A DNA stretch of 39,606 nucleotides, from contig CAZXVU010000005.1 in NCBI GenBank assembly GCA_964644465.1, forward strand, positions 1-39,606, in the 5' to 3' direction. The translations under genes were made by a program, and so were the position numbers. The notes under the pieces are model-generated. The model ran no database searches, was not told the origin of the DNA, and saw only the letters and a program-made list of their open reading frames with translations. This document shows positions 1 to 9,600 of the stretch, piece after piece (position 1 is the stretch's first letter; every line of letters begins with the position of its first letter). This DNA is from an uncultured bacterium (GTDB lineage: Bacteria; Chlamydiota; Chlamydiia; Chlamydiales; SM23-39).

Positions 1-41
1 GAACTCAGGGCGCCTCCTTGTCATATTCCCAAATTTTGAAT

Positions 42-869
42 TCATTTGGGTATAGTTCTCGTTAAAATTGCAGCGCCAGCTTCGTGAATATGGCCGTTCG
101 AGGCGAAGATGGGACCGCGTGATCGGATGTCGAATGGTTTTTGATCCCAAGTAGTAATCTGGCCGCCTGCTTCTTCAATGAGGAGTTTTCCTGCTGCGCA
201 ATCCCAGGGGCCGAGCTCCACTTCGAAAAAACCTTCAAAGCGCCCCGCTGCGGTATAGGCCATATCGATGGCTGCCGAACCCATTCTTCTGATGGGGATG
301 CCTAGGCGTAAAATATCGATAAAATGATCGATGCAATGAAAGGGATTTTCGGCGAGGTTATAAGGAAATCCTGTCGCCAAGATCGATTTTTCCAGAGTTT
401 TTACTGGTGAAGTGTGGATCTTTTGCCCATTGAGAAAAGCTCCTTTTCCTATTTCTGCGACAAAAAGCTCATGGAAAATCGGCTGATAGACCACTCCTGA
501 GACGATCTCCCCCTTTTGCTCGGCTGCGATGCTGACTGAGAAAAAGGGAATTTGATGGGCAAAATTGACAGTGCCGTCGAGAGGGTCGACAATCCAGATC
601 AGATCGCCTTTGGGTCCAGTGCCGCCGCTTTCTTCAGCGAGAAATTGAGAGCCAGGGACATTCTGTTCGAGGAATTCGAGGATGTTCTTCTCTGAAAGGT
701 GATCGTATTCTGTGACGAGATTGTGCCTTCCTTCTTTGGAAGAAATGGCAAAGTGGGTTCCAAAGCCCTGCCGCAAGATTTCTCCTGCTTGTAGCGCTGC
801 CTCAATCGCAATCAATGTGATGTTGGAGAAGGACTGGAATTCTTTTTTTTCAACCAAAACAACACCCAA
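42..869 (-). CDS. suhB: Inositol monophosphatase family protein (SuhB)
   Basis: Motifs AEE, WIVDPLDGTVNF, RRMGSAA, WDCAAG. Exact start codon uncertain (non-ATG). Confidence 0.93.
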   Translation of the reverse strand: MGVVLVEKKEFQSFSNITLIAIEAALQAGEILRQGFGTHFAISSKEGRHNLVTEYDHLSEKNILEFLEQNVPGSQFLAEESGGTGPKGDLIWIVDPLDGTVNFAHQIPFFSVSIAAEQKGEIVSGVVYQPIFHELFVAEIGKGAFLNGQKIHTSPVKTLEKSILATGFPYNLAENPFHCIDHFIDILRLGIPIRRMGSAAIDMAYTAAGRFEGFFEVELGPWDCAAGKLLIEEAGGQITTWDQKPFDIRSRGPIFASNGHIHEAGAAILTRTIPK

Positions 870-1339
870 ATGCGATGGATTTTAACGAAAAGAGCGAGAG
901 GCGCCGCAAACCAGACAAAAGCGTACAGGGCATCGATGGCCGGCAATCCTGCAAGATCTGCAAAAAACCATTTTCCGTTAAAGGGTATTCTTCTGTCAAA
1001 AAGAAAAAGGAGCAAAAGATGAAGGGCAGTGCTCAATGATGAGGTAAAGGCTGCAAAAAGACTTAAATGCAACGGTTGTTCATAGAGAAAATGTTTTCTG
1101 AAACGGTAGAGGATGGCTGTAGTCAGAGCATAGTTCAGGGCATGGATCCCCATGGGATCATCGGAAATGAGATCGACTAAAGCACCGCAACCGACAGAAG
1201 CCCAAAGAGCTCTATTCAGAGAACATCGAAGAATGTAAAGGGAGATGACTGGTGCGTAGGCCAAATAGGGAAGCGTTGGAACAATGATGCCTTGCAAGAT
1301 CAAGGCGATTGTTCCTAAAAGAGTGGCCAATATCAACAT
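812..1339 (-). CDS. mreD: Rod shape-determining protein MreD-like membrane protein
   Basis: 175 aa, ~5 hydrophobic helices, MreD-like G-x-L-x-D-L...GIHAL motif. Confidence 0.7.
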   Translation of the reverse strand: MLILATLLGTIALILQGIIVPTLPYLAYAPVISLYILRCSLNRALWASVGCGALVDLISDDPMGIHALNYALTTAILYRFRKHFLYEQPLHLSLFAAFTSSLSTALHLLLLFLFDRRIPFNGKWFFADLAGLPAIDALYAFVWFAAPLALFVKIHRIWVLFWLKKKNSSPSPTSH

Positions 1340-2370
1340 TTTTGTTCTTCAAGACGATTTAAAGTAGAGCGGAGAAGGGGTGCGTTTTCATTGAATAATT
1401 TATGCCATTTCCAGGCAGACTCGATCAGGATTGGAAGTTCAGAGAGACGGGGAGTCCACCCTAGAATTTCTTTTGCCCGTGCATTGTCAGCTGTCAATAC
1501 TCCAGGTTCGCCAGCGCGCCGGTTTTCAAGACGGACAGGGAGCGATTTGCCGCAAAATTTATGGACGGCGTCGATGATCTCCAAAACAGAATATCCTGTT
1601 CCCGTGCCGAGATTGAGAGTCATGCTCTTTTGTTCTTTAATCAGCCAATTGAGCGCCATGACATGGGCATCGGCGAGATCTTGTACATGGATATAATCCC
1701 GTACAGCGCTGCCATCGCGAGAAGAAAAGTCCGTTCCGTAAACGACAACTTCTTCTTTCTTTCCCAGAGCAGTCTGGATGATCGTCGGAATGAGATGGGT
1801 TTCGGGTGTATGGTTCTCTCCCACTTCGGTATCCAAATCTGCGCCTGCGGCATTGAAATAGCGCAGCTTTACAGAATGAAATCGATGGGCCATTTCGAAA
1901 TCCGCAATCATTTGCTCGATCATCAGTTTTGATCTACCATAGGGATTGATCGGATTCAAAGAATGCTCTTCAGTAATTGGAGTGAACTGGGGATTTCCAT
2001 AGGTCGCGCAAGTGCTAGAAAAGACCAGGTCCTTTACATTTTGTTCGTTCATCACTTCTAGAAGAGAGATTGAGCTTCCGACATTATTTCGATAATATTT
2101 GCCGGGATTCCCCATCGATTCGACGACAATGGCATTGGCAGCAAAATGTAAAACAGCCCTAGGTTTATAGCAGATAAATGTCTCTGTTAACTTACCCTTG
2201 TCGTTGAGGTCTCCATTGACGAAGGGTCCCCATTTCACTGCATATGCATGACCTGTGGAGAGATTGTCATAGGCGATAGGGATAAATCCTGCTTTAGATA
2301 AGGCTTTACAAGTATGGCTGCCGATATAGCCAGCTCCTCCGGTTACGAGAATCGGGATTTGCTCCGGCAT
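1333..2370 (-). CDS. galE: UDP-glucose 4-epimerase
   Basis: ILVTGGAGYIGSH, FSSTCATYG, PYGRSK, LRYFNAAGA, RDYIHV. ATG at 2370 overlaps the upstream stop (TAATG); ORF track extends to 2436. Confidence 0.95.
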   Translation of the reverse strand: MPEQIPILVTGGAGYIGSHTCKALSKAGFIPIAYDNLSTGHAYAVKWGPFVNGDLNDKGKLTETFICYKPRAVLHFAANAIVVESMGNPGKYYRNNVGSSISLLEVMNEQNVKDLVFSSTCATYGNPQFTPITEEHSLNPINPYGRSKLMIEQMIADFEMAHRFHSVKLRYFNAAGADLDTEVGENHTPETHLIPTIIQTALGKKEEVVVYGTDFSSRDGSAVRDYIHVQDLADAHVMALNWLIKEQKSMTLNLGTGTGYSVLEIIDAVHKFCGKSLPVRLENRRAGEPGVLTADNARAKEILGWTPRLSELPILIESAWKWHKLFNENAPLLRSTLNRLEEQKC

Positions 2371-3146
2371 TAAAAGGCTCCTCTGGAAAAGAAAACCGCA
2401 GGGATTGTTTTGAGGATCAAGATCAGATCTTGCCAAAAGGTTCTAGTCACTGCGTATTGTTCTTCCAATTTGCAACGCTGTTCAAAGGGGATTTGACTGC
2501 GTCCTGAGATTTGCCAAACGCCTGTGATTCCTGGTCTGACGGAGAGGATTGTAGGTGTTCTTTCACCATAAAGAAGACGGATTTCTTTCAGAAAATGCTC
2601 TTGAGGTCCCATTAAAGTAGGAGGCCTTGGGCCAACCACGCTGAGATCGCCTTTTAAGACATTCCAGAATTGAGGAATTTCATCGAGAGATGTCTTGCGG
2701 ATAAATTGTCCGACAGGAGTGATGCGGGGGTCAGATTTTACCTTTTGATAGGTTTCCCATTCAGCTCTGAATGATTCTTCTTTTAAAAGCTGATGAAGCC
2801 GTTCTTCTGCGTCTTTGTACATCGTTCGGAATTTCAGGCACTCGATGACTTTTCCACCCCGTCCGAGGCGGCGGCTCTTATAGAAAATGGGTCCGGGCGA
2901 TGTGCATAAAACGATCAGTGAAATCAACAAAAATAAAGGAGAAAAAGCCAAAAGAAAAGCCGCGCTGAACGCGATATCGAAGATCCGTTTTAATGGATCG
3001 TGGCGCACGGGAAGGAAAAATTCTTTTTTATCTTTGTGATGTTTCGCTGTATCGCGAAGTTTTTGGAGCTTATCGATTCCTTTTAGGGAGCGAGTTCCTT
3101 GCCAACGAGTGATGGTCTTCTGCTGGTCGAAAAGAGATTGGTCCAT
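2370..3146 (-). CDS. Bacterial sugar transferase (polyprenyl-phosphate phosphoglycosyl transferase, ExoY/WcaJ catalytic domain)
   Basis: KRIFDI, single hydrophobic helix, KFRTM, DPRIT, SLDEIPQFWNVLKGDLSVVGPRP, PGITGVWQISGR. Start at ATG 3146 or TTG 3158. Confidence 0.92.
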   Translation of the reverse strand: MDQSLFDQQKTITRWQGTRSLKGIDKLQKLRDTAKHHKDKKEFFLPVRHDPLKRIFDIAFSAAFLLAFSPLFLLISLIVLCTSPGPIFYKSRRLGRGGKVIECLKFRTMYKDAEERLHQLLKEESFRAEWETYQKVKSDPRITPVGQFIRKTSLDEIPQFWNVLKGDLSVVGPRPPTLMGPQEHFLKEIRLLYGERTPTILSVRPGITGVWQISGRSQIPFEQRCKLEEQYAVTRTFWQDLILILKTIPAVFFSRGAF

Positions 3147-3185
3147 CCTCAAACTCAAATATAGGTTAACTTGAGTATAATCCCT

Positions 3186-4049
3186 TTAAGAATTTCTTTG
3201 GAGAATCTTTTCTATTAATTCGCGAAGAGCTAAAGCTCCTTTCGGTAATTTCTTAAGTTCTTCAGAGATGGAAGATTCGAGTTTTCGCACCCGTTCTTGG
3301 ATTTCATCAAACCCAAAAAGGGAAACAGCAGTCGGTTTTTTCTTTGCCGCGTCGGCGCCGGCTGTTTTCCCGAGAATCTCTGTTGTAGATGTTGCATCGA
3401 GAAAATCGTCCCGATATTGGTAAGCAAGCCCGAGTTTTTCTCCGATCGATTGTACGATGGGATAGTATTGGGGACTTGCATTCGCGCAGATGGCTCCGAA
3501 CTCCATGCAGGCTGTCAGAAGAGCCGCTGTCTTTCCCGTGTGCATCCGGACAAGAAGCTCTTCGGAAATCATTTTTCCTTCCGATTCTATGTCGATCGCT
3601 TGTCCGCCGATCATTCCTAAAGCGCCTGAGCGCAATGAGAGAGATTGGATGAGAGCTATTTTTTGTCTTTCCGATAGGTTAGGCGCGTTGGCGAGGACTT
3701 CGAAAGCGTATGTTAAAAGATAGTCGCCAGCCAGAAGGGCCATTCCCTCTGTTGTCACTTTATGGAGAGTGGGCTTGCCTCTTCGCAAGTCATCATTGTC
3801 CATGCAGGGGAGATCGTCGTGAATCAAGGAATAGGTATGGATCATTTCAATGGCGCAGGCAGGGTCGAGCGCGCAAAGAGGGTCGGCCTCAAAAATGGAA
3901 GCGGCCGCAAAAACAAGGAGAGGTCGAAGTCGTTTCCCTCCGGCTAAAAGAGAATAGCGCGCAGCAGAGTAGAGGGGACTTGTAGAGACGGGGATTAACT
4001 CGTCCAGCCTCTTTTCGAGTTGCTCTTTAGGATCGACAAAGACGTTCAC
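3186..4049 (-). CDS. ispA: Polyprenyl (farnesyl/geranylgeranyl) diphosphate synthase
   Basis: GGKRLRP, SLIHDDLPCMDNDDLRRGKPT, GGQAID, KT, second DD motif. Confidence 0.93.
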   Translation of the reverse strand: MNVFVDPKEQLEKRLDELIPVSTSPLYSAARYSLLAGGKRLRPLLVFAAASIFEADPLCALDPACAIEMIHTYSLIHDDLPCMDNDDLRRGKPTLHKVTTEGMALLAGDYLLTYAFEVLANAPNLSERQKIALIQSLSLRSGALGMIGGQAIDIESEGKMISEELLVRMHTGKTAALLTACMEFGAICANASPQYYPIVQSIGEKLGLAYQYRDDFLDATSTTEILGKTAGADAAKKKPTAVSLFGFDEIQERVRKLESSISEELKKLPKGALALRELIEKILQRNS

Positions 4050-4154
4050 AATTTCTCAATGAGTTAGGAGCTGGAAGTATAGCCAAAAGGACAATTATTG
4101 CTAAGGCTCAATCTACTAACAAATTTACAGTGTAAACTTTTGTGAGAAAGCTAA

Positions 4155-5495
4155 CTATTGAAGCTGGTCAGGGATGCCTATCGCGATATAGTCAAAACCT
4201 TTGCTCTTCATGTCCAATGGCTTGTATTGATTTCTGCCATCGAAGAAGGCGATGCCCTTCATTCTTTCCCGGATAGGCTTCAGTTCTACAAGACGGAATT
4301 GCTTCCATTCGGTCAAAAGAGCGATGGCATCGGTTCCGACTGCGGCATCGACTTCATCTGAGCACCAGGTGATGTTTGTATAGCCTTTAAGGAGCTTTCT
4401 GGCATTGGGCATAGCAACAGGATCGAAAACCCGCAAGTGGGCTCCCTGTTTAGTTAGATCTTCTATAAAGGTCAAAGAGGGAGCTTCGCGCATATCATCG
4501 GTATCGGGTTTAAAGGAGAGCCCCCAAACTCCGATTGTTTTGCCTTTCAGGCCTCCTCGCGCGGAAAAATAGTTGGTCATTTTTTGGCTCAGAACTTTTT
4601 TCTGCCGATTATTCACAGAGTCAGCAGCTTCTAAAAGCAGCGGCTGAGTACCCACGCCTTTTGCAACGGCTATCAAAGCGCGGATATCTTTTGGAAAACA
4701 GGAGCCGCCGTAGCCAACGCCGGGATAGAGAAAGCTATAGCCGATCCGTGTATCGGATCCGATCCCTTTTCTGACTTCATTGACATTCGCTCCGACTCGT
4801 TTACAGATATCTGCGATCTCATTCATAAAAGAAATGCGGGTTGCAAGCATCGCATTCGCTGCATACTTGGTCATTTCCGCAGAAAGGGTGTCCATGAGCA
4901 GAATTCGGTCATGGCTTAAAGTGAAAGCGGAGTAGATCTCTTTCAGAACTTCAGCAGGCTTAGGATGGTCTGATCCAATGATGATGCGGTCTGGTTTCAA
5001 GCAATCTTGGACGGCAGCGCCTTCTTTCAGAAATTCAGGATTTGATACGACGTCAAAAGGAACGGAAACGCCTCTTTTCTTCTGTTCTTCGCGGATGACT
5101 TTTGCGACAAGATATGCAGTGCCTACGGGAACTGTCGATTTGTTCACGATGACACGATATTCATTCATATGCTCTGCTAGCTGTCTTGCTGCGGCTTCAA
5201 CATAGCTCGTATCGCAGGAACCATCTTCCCTGGATGGGGTGGGGACTCCAATAAAGCATACGGTAGAACTAGCAACTCCTGATCTATAATCGGTGGTAAA
5301 TTTCAGTCGTTTATGATGGATGTTTCGTTTCACTAACTCTTCGAGGCCTGGTTCGAAAATAGGAATGATCCCTTCTTGGAGGTTTTTGATTTTTCCTGCA
5401 TCGATATCTAGGCAAGTAACCATATGGCCCATTTCAGCGAAACAAGCGCCTGTTACCAGTCCGACATATCCAGTTCCCACCATCAAGATTTGCAT
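4155..5495 (-). CDS. ugd: UDP-glucose 6-dehydrogenase
   Basis: GTGYVG, KSTVPVG, NPEFLKEG, GYGGSCFPKD, FKPDTDDMRE. Confidence 0.95.
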   Translation of the reverse strand: MQILMVGTGYVGLVTGACFAEMGHMVTCLDIDAGKIKNLQEGIIPIFEPGLEELVKRNIHHKRLKFTTDYRSGVASSTVCFIGVPTPSREDGSCDTSYVEAAARQLAEHMNEYRVIVNKSTVPVGTAYLVAKVIREEQKKRGVSVPFDVVSNPEFLKEGAAVQDCLKPDRIIIGSDHPKPAEVLKEIYSAFTLSHDRILLMDTLSAEMTKYAANAMLATRISFMNEIADICKRVGANVNEVRKGIGSDTRIGYSFLYPGVGYGGSCFPKDIRALIAVAKGVGTQPLLLEAADSVNNRQKKVLSQKMTNYFSARGGLKGKTIGVWGLSFKPDTDDMREAPSLTFIEDLTKQGAHLRVFDPVAMPNARKLLKGYTNITWCSDEVDAAVGTDAIALLTEWKQFRLVELKPIRERMKGIAFFDGRNQYKPLDMKSKGFDYIAIGIPDQLQ

Positions 5496-5576
5496 ATTTC
5501 ATCCTCTTGCAAAAGGCAATATACATAATAGAGATGAAATTATTCCGCCACAAAATCTATGAAAACTAGGAAATTC

Positions 5577-6230
5577 TTATTTATCGGAAAGAGTCCCGGC
5601 GCAAAGCAGGTACTTTTTATCGCAGAGGGAAGCGAGTTCCATGTCATGAGTGACTAAGATGAGGCTTTTTTTCTTTTCTTTGACAAGATTGAGAAGAAGC
5701 TCCCCAATTTTTTGGGCGTTTGCGGAATCGAGATTGCCGGATGGCTCATCGGCAAGGATTAAATCTGGATCATTGCAAAGGGCGCGTGCGATGGCGGCTC
5801 TTTGCCGCTCTCCGCCCGAAAGGAACTTCGCGGGAAAATCAGCGCGGTTTTCAAGGCCGACGTAAGAGAGAAGCTCTAAACCTCGGGATCGGCTGATCGG
5901 TTTTCTCGCAATGCGCGATGGCATGATCACATTTTCGAGAGTCGTAAATTCTTCGAGGAGATTGTACGTCTGAAAAACAAAACCAATATGGCGGTTGCGA
6001 AGGATTGCCGCATTGGAAGATGTGGAGAGATTTCCTGCAATTTCCAAAGAACCGGCATCAGGCTCTTCCAGTGTCCCGAGAATGTGGAGAAGCGTTGTTT
6101 TTCCTTCTCCTGAACGGCCGCAGATAGCGATCGATTCCCCGGCTGCAACAGAGAGAGAAATGCCGCGCAGAACATCGACTTTTTGGGGAAATCGGAAAGA
6201 TTTAGAGAGCTCTTTTGCTTTCAGGATCAT
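5577..6230 (-). CDS. lolD: Lipoprotein-releasing ABC transporter ATP-binding protein
   Basis: Walker A GRSGEGKTT, LSGGERQR, ILADEPSGNLD; directly downstream of the permease. Confidence 0.88.
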   Translation of the reverse strand: MILKAKELSKSFRFPQKVDVLRGISLSVAAGESIAICGRSGEGKTTLLHILGTLEEPDAGSLEIAGNLSTSSNAAILRNRHIGFVFQTYNLLEEFTTLENVIMPSRIARKPISRSRGLELLSYVGLENRADFPAKFLSGGERQRAAIARALCNDPDLILADEPSGNLDSANAQKIGELLLNLVKEKKKSLILVTHDMELASLCDKKYLLCAGTLSDK

Positions 6231-8134
6231 TCCGACCTCAGGACATTAGAGGGACGGATCCGGCTGGCTTTAATGGCAGGTATGAGTCCTGCAGCCAGAG
6301 AAAGAATCGGCGTCGCAATGAGGACAAAAAGGAGCGCCTCGTAGCTAAATTGGTTGGGAAGAGTTTGGCCAAAAAAAGCAGGATTGAAGGCAGCGCGTCC
6401 TTGCAGTGCGCTTAGAAAGGCTACGAGATGGTTGAGGTGGTGGAGAGTAAAGATAGCTAGAGTACTGCCTAGCAGACAGCTTATAAGTCCCATAGCAATA
6501 CCGCAGAATCCGAAAATCGCAGCGATACTTTTGAATGAGGCTCCCATGGAAAGGAGGATGGCGATTTCTTTTTTCTTATCGTTTACGAGGAGGACGAGAA
6601 GCGAGATGATGTTGGAGCAAGCGACAATGAGGATAATCGCAGCGATCAAGAGAAAAAGAGTTCTATCGCTTTGAAATTGCAAGAGAAGATCTTTTGAAAA
6701 TTCGAATTCTTCATAGGTAGCAACTTTCCAATAAGTGGCTATTCCTGCCCGTTCGAACCTCTCTGCTATTTGGTCTTTGAGGTGCTGGGCAGCAGATAGG
6801 TCTTCTGTCCAAACAAAAAAGCCGTTCGTCGGCGTTCCGTCAGGAGAGAAAGTTTGGGTTGAGGTGTGGATCGAACGGGTGACGGAGCTGGGAACAATCA
6901 AGCATTTATTGCCGATAGAGAGAATACCAGGATCGTAAAAGCCCGCTGTGCGGACTAAAATTCTCTGTTCTTGTGCAGAAGCTGCGCCGGGCGCGATGTA
7001 GCTGAGGGTGCCTCGATCGCCAAGGACGGCGCCGCTATCGCGGTAATTTTTGGGCAAAAGAACGGAGGTTTCTTCTCCGTCAGGCAAATGGCATTTTCCA
7101 TCTACGAAATAAGCCCAGGCTGGCGGATGGGCAGGGATTTGATCGAACTCGGTGCGGGCAGAGCCTTTCGTGATTTCTAAATGTTTGAAAGGGACGGTTC
7201 CCGTAATGGGATGTCCTTGAATAGACCCTGTCAAGCGTATCTGCTGATCCGAAGTGATCTCAGCCTTGAAAAGAGTGGGCTGGATGAAGAGAGGCAGATT
7301 TTTTGTTCCTTGGAAATAGAGCTCTTTCCCATCCCAAATAACAGAGGCAGCTTCTTTCTGTGGTTGATCCAGAAGAAGGGCTCTGCCATCTTGCAGAGAG
7401 ACTTGCAAAGGGACATTGAGCGGTAAGAATGAGCGAGGCAAAGGATATGAAGGAAGGGTGCGGACTTCCTCGATCTTCATATGTTCAAGCGATAAGGGAT
7501 CTTGGGACAGTATGCGGGTCAAATCGGAGAGCACAGGCTCGGAGACTAAAGAGCGGAACCGGGGATTTTCTTCAGTCAGAGAGAGTAGATAAGACATCTG
7601 AGATAATGAAGAAGACGCGCCGATATCTGCAGGGCGATGCAAATTCAATCGGAGAAGAGCTCCTCCGATTTCATAGTCTTGAAAGGCAAGCCGGGGATTT
7701 TCTTTTTGCAATGCGGCGAGCTCTTTGATGGCCATTTTTACAGGATCGCGAAGGGTGCCGTCAGAGAGGCGGTCAGGCTTAGACCAAAAAATAGGGACTT
7801 CCGCATCGGCATCGACGGCATAAGGATCGGAAAGAGGGCTCTTTCCTTTTTCTCCAATAGTTTTCAACGTGTAATTGGAAGCGGCGGCGAGGCTATCGAT
7901 TTGGTAAAAGTAGGAAGAGTGGTAGAGATTCGTGGGGGTGATTCTCAGCGGTGCATGGAGAGACGTGAGCTTTTGGAGCCAATTTTTTTCGATACCGGTA
8001 GTCACGGAAAGGAAGACGAGGACTAGCCATACCACAAGGGAGATGACTAGTACAGACATGAGAGAAATCAGGGCCGTGGAAAGAGATTTTTTCCGCGGCA
8101 CCAAATATTTGAGCGCAAGAGATAGCTCAAACAA
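6227..8134 (-). CDS. lolE: LolC/E (FtsX-like) lipoprotein-releasing permease with large periplasmic domain
   Basis: N-terminal TM, long soluble loop, C-terminal KKKEIAILLSMGA plus 3 TMs; chlamydial rpmG-permease-ATPase order. Confidence 0.82.
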   Translation of the reverse strand: MFELSLALKYLVPRKKSLSTALISLMSVLVISLVVWLVLVFLSVTTGIEKNWLQKLTSLHAPLRITPTNLYHSSYFYQIDSLAAASNYTLKTIGEKGKSPLSDPYAVDADAEVPIFWSKPDRLSDGTLRDPVKMAIKELAALQKENPRLAFQDYEIGGALLRLNLHRPADIGASSSLSQMSYLLSLTEENPRFRSLVSEPVLSDLTRILSQDPLSLEHMKIEEVRTLPSYPLPRSFLPLNVPLQVSLQDGRALLLDQPQKEAASVIWDGKELYFQGTKNLPLFIQPTLFKAEITSDQQIRLTGSIQGHPITGTVPFKHLEITKGSARTEFDQIPAHPPAWAYFVDGKCHLPDGEETSVLLPKNYRDSGAVLGDRGTLSYIAPGAASAQEQRILVRTAGFYDPGILSIGNKCLIVPSSVTRSIHTSTQTFSPDGTPTNGFFVWTEDLSAAQHLKDQIAERFERAGIATYWKVATYEEFEFSKDLLLQFQSDRTLFLLIAAIILIVACSNIISLLVLLVNDKKKEIAILLSMGASFKSIAAIFGFCGIAMGLISCLLGSTLAIFTLHHLNHLVAFLSALQGRAAFNPAFFGQTLPNQFSYEALLFVLIATPILSLAAGLIPAIKASRIRPSNVLRSE

Positions 8135-8137
8135 ATT

Positions 8138-8296
8138 TTACTTCGCTTCTTTGAAAATCACGTGGCGACGAAGGGTAGAATCGTATTTTTTCAATTCGAT
8201 CCGCTCTGTCGTGTTCCGTTTATTTTTTCGTGTCCAGTAGCACTCATTCGATTCGGTGCTTTTCAACTTGATCGTTTCGCGTGCGCCTTTTGCCAT
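8138..8296 (-). CDS. rpmG: 50S ribosomal protein L33 (52 aa, not in ORF track)
   Basis: Manual translation: [58 protein letters not shown] upstream. Confidence 0.96.
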   Translation of the reverse strand: MAKGARETIKLKSTESNECYWTRKNKRNTTERIELKKYDSTLRRHVIFKEAK

Positions 8297-8343
8297 ATAA
8301 ACCCTCTATATTTTTCAATAGAGTTTAGCTTAAAAGGAAGGTT

Positions 8344-9360
8344 TTACGCAATTGGAATGCGGGTCTGAACTTCTAGATCGAGAGGATCGCCTTCCCCTTT
8401 TTGAAGGAATTGATGATACCCAAGCCCTGCGATCATGGCTGCATTGTCTAAAGTTAGTTTTGCAGAGGGCCAATAGATGGGGATGGAAGGGAATTTTTCA
8501 GCGAATAACGCTCTAAGACGATTGTTATTGCAAACACCCCCGCCGAGAAAAATAGCTTTACAAGGGAAAGATTGAAGCGCCAGCGCTGCCTTATCGGCGA
8601 TATCGCGCAAAGCAGTTTCTTGAAATGAAGCGGCGACATCGGCTTTCTGGGCATCCGTGAGGGAATTCTTTTTTGTATTGTTCTGTCCATTCACTGCGTA
8701 GAGAACATTTGTTTTGAGTCCGCTGAATGAAAAATCGAGGGGGCTTTTTTTAACCTTGCCCGCGCTAAAGGAATGGGCTTTACAATTGCCTTGCAAGGCT
8801 AGCTTCTCGACATGAGGGCCTCCCGGATAAGGAAGTCCTAAAAGGGCGGCGATCTTGTCGAAAGCTTCTCCAATTGCGTCGTCGACTGTCGTCCCGATCT
8901 TTTCATAGCTGCCGACATCAAAAATTTTGAGCATCAATGTATGTCCGCCAGAAAGAACAAGGCCTAAGGCGGGAAAGGGGAGGGGGTCTTGCGCCTCCAT
9001 CATGGCAGCATAGAGATGCGCCTCGACATGGTTGACCCCGATCAGGGGTTTGTTCCAGGCTATAGAAAGCCCTTTTGCGGCATTCATCCCAATCAAAAGA
9101 GCGCCGATAAGGCCAGGGCCCCTAGCCACTGCGATTAAATCGATCTCCGAGGGGGCAACCCCTGCTTTTTGGATCGCTTCTTCAATTACAGGAATGATGG
9201 CATCGATGTGGCGGCGGCAGGCCAATTCAGGGAACACCCCGCCATAGCGCTCATGGATATCGGCGGAAGACGCGACGACGTTCGAGAGGATCTGCTTGCC
9301 ATCTTTGACGATAGCAGCTCCTGTTTCATCGCATGTACTTTCAATCCCTAGGACTATCAT
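8344..9360 (-). CDS. tsaD: tRNA N6-threonylcarbamoyladenosine synthase
   Basis: LGIESTCDET, GGVFPELA, GPGL, HVEAH, SGGHT, DDAIGEAFDK, FSFSGLKT, DNAAMI. Confidence 0.97.
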   Translation of the reverse strand: MIVLGIESTCDETGAAIVKDGKQILSNVVASSADIHERYGGVFPELACRRHIDAIIPVIEEAIQKAGVAPSEIDLIAVARGPGLIGALLIGMNAAKGLSIAWNKPLIGVNHVEAHLYAAMMEAQDPLPFPALGLVLSGGHTLMLKIFDVGSYEKIGTTVDDAIGEAFDKIAALLGLPYPGGPHVEKLALQGNCKAHSFSAGKVKKSPLDFSFSGLKTNVLYAVNGQNNTKKNSLTDAQKADVAASFQETALRDIADKAALALQSFPCKAIFLGGGVCNNNRLRALFAEKFPSIPIYWPSAKLTLDNAAMIAGLGYHQFLQKGEGDPLDLEVQTRIPIA

Positions 9361-9376
9361 AGAAAAAACATTATAA

Positions 9377-9540
9377 TGAGCCTATCCGTAAAGTGGTGAG
9401 AAAAATCTGTGGGATCTTTTGAGTGCTTTTAGCGCCTCTGCCCTCGTAAATATTTCTAATATTTATTTCGGTCATTCGTCGTCAAAAATCATCTCAAAAT
9501 CTCTTCACATCTTTTTCACCCGACTTTACGGATAGCCTCA
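9377..9540. repeat. ~164 bp imperfect palindromic element (MITE/RPE-like), copy A
   Basis: Termini TGAGCCTATCCGTAAAGT / ACTTTACGGATAGCCTCA; imperfect pairing over ~55 bp; apical TAAATATT-tct-AATATTTA hairpin. Confidence 0.75.
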
Positions 9541-9543
9541 ATG

Positions 9544-9570
9544 AAAAAGGCTCCTTTTCAGGAGCCTTTT
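9544..9570 (-). terminator. Intrinsic terminator (potentially bidirectional) after the 689-aa gene
   Basis: AAAAAGGCTCC-TTTTCA-GGAGCCTTTT hairpin with A/T tracts on both sides. Confidence 0.85.
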
Positions 9571-9600
9571 GTTTTAAGAAAAAATTGCAACAATCGACTT

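Noticed and set aside
1-24. Possible start of a minus-strand gene (MTRRRPEF...) at the window edge
   Set aside because: Only 8 codons are visible, and the AAGGAGG within it could instead be an SD for a later start.
4124-4136. TTTACA-G-TGTAAA palindrome between ugd and ispA
   Set aside because: A single 6-bp AT-rich inverted repeat is expected by chance, and no second copy was noticed.
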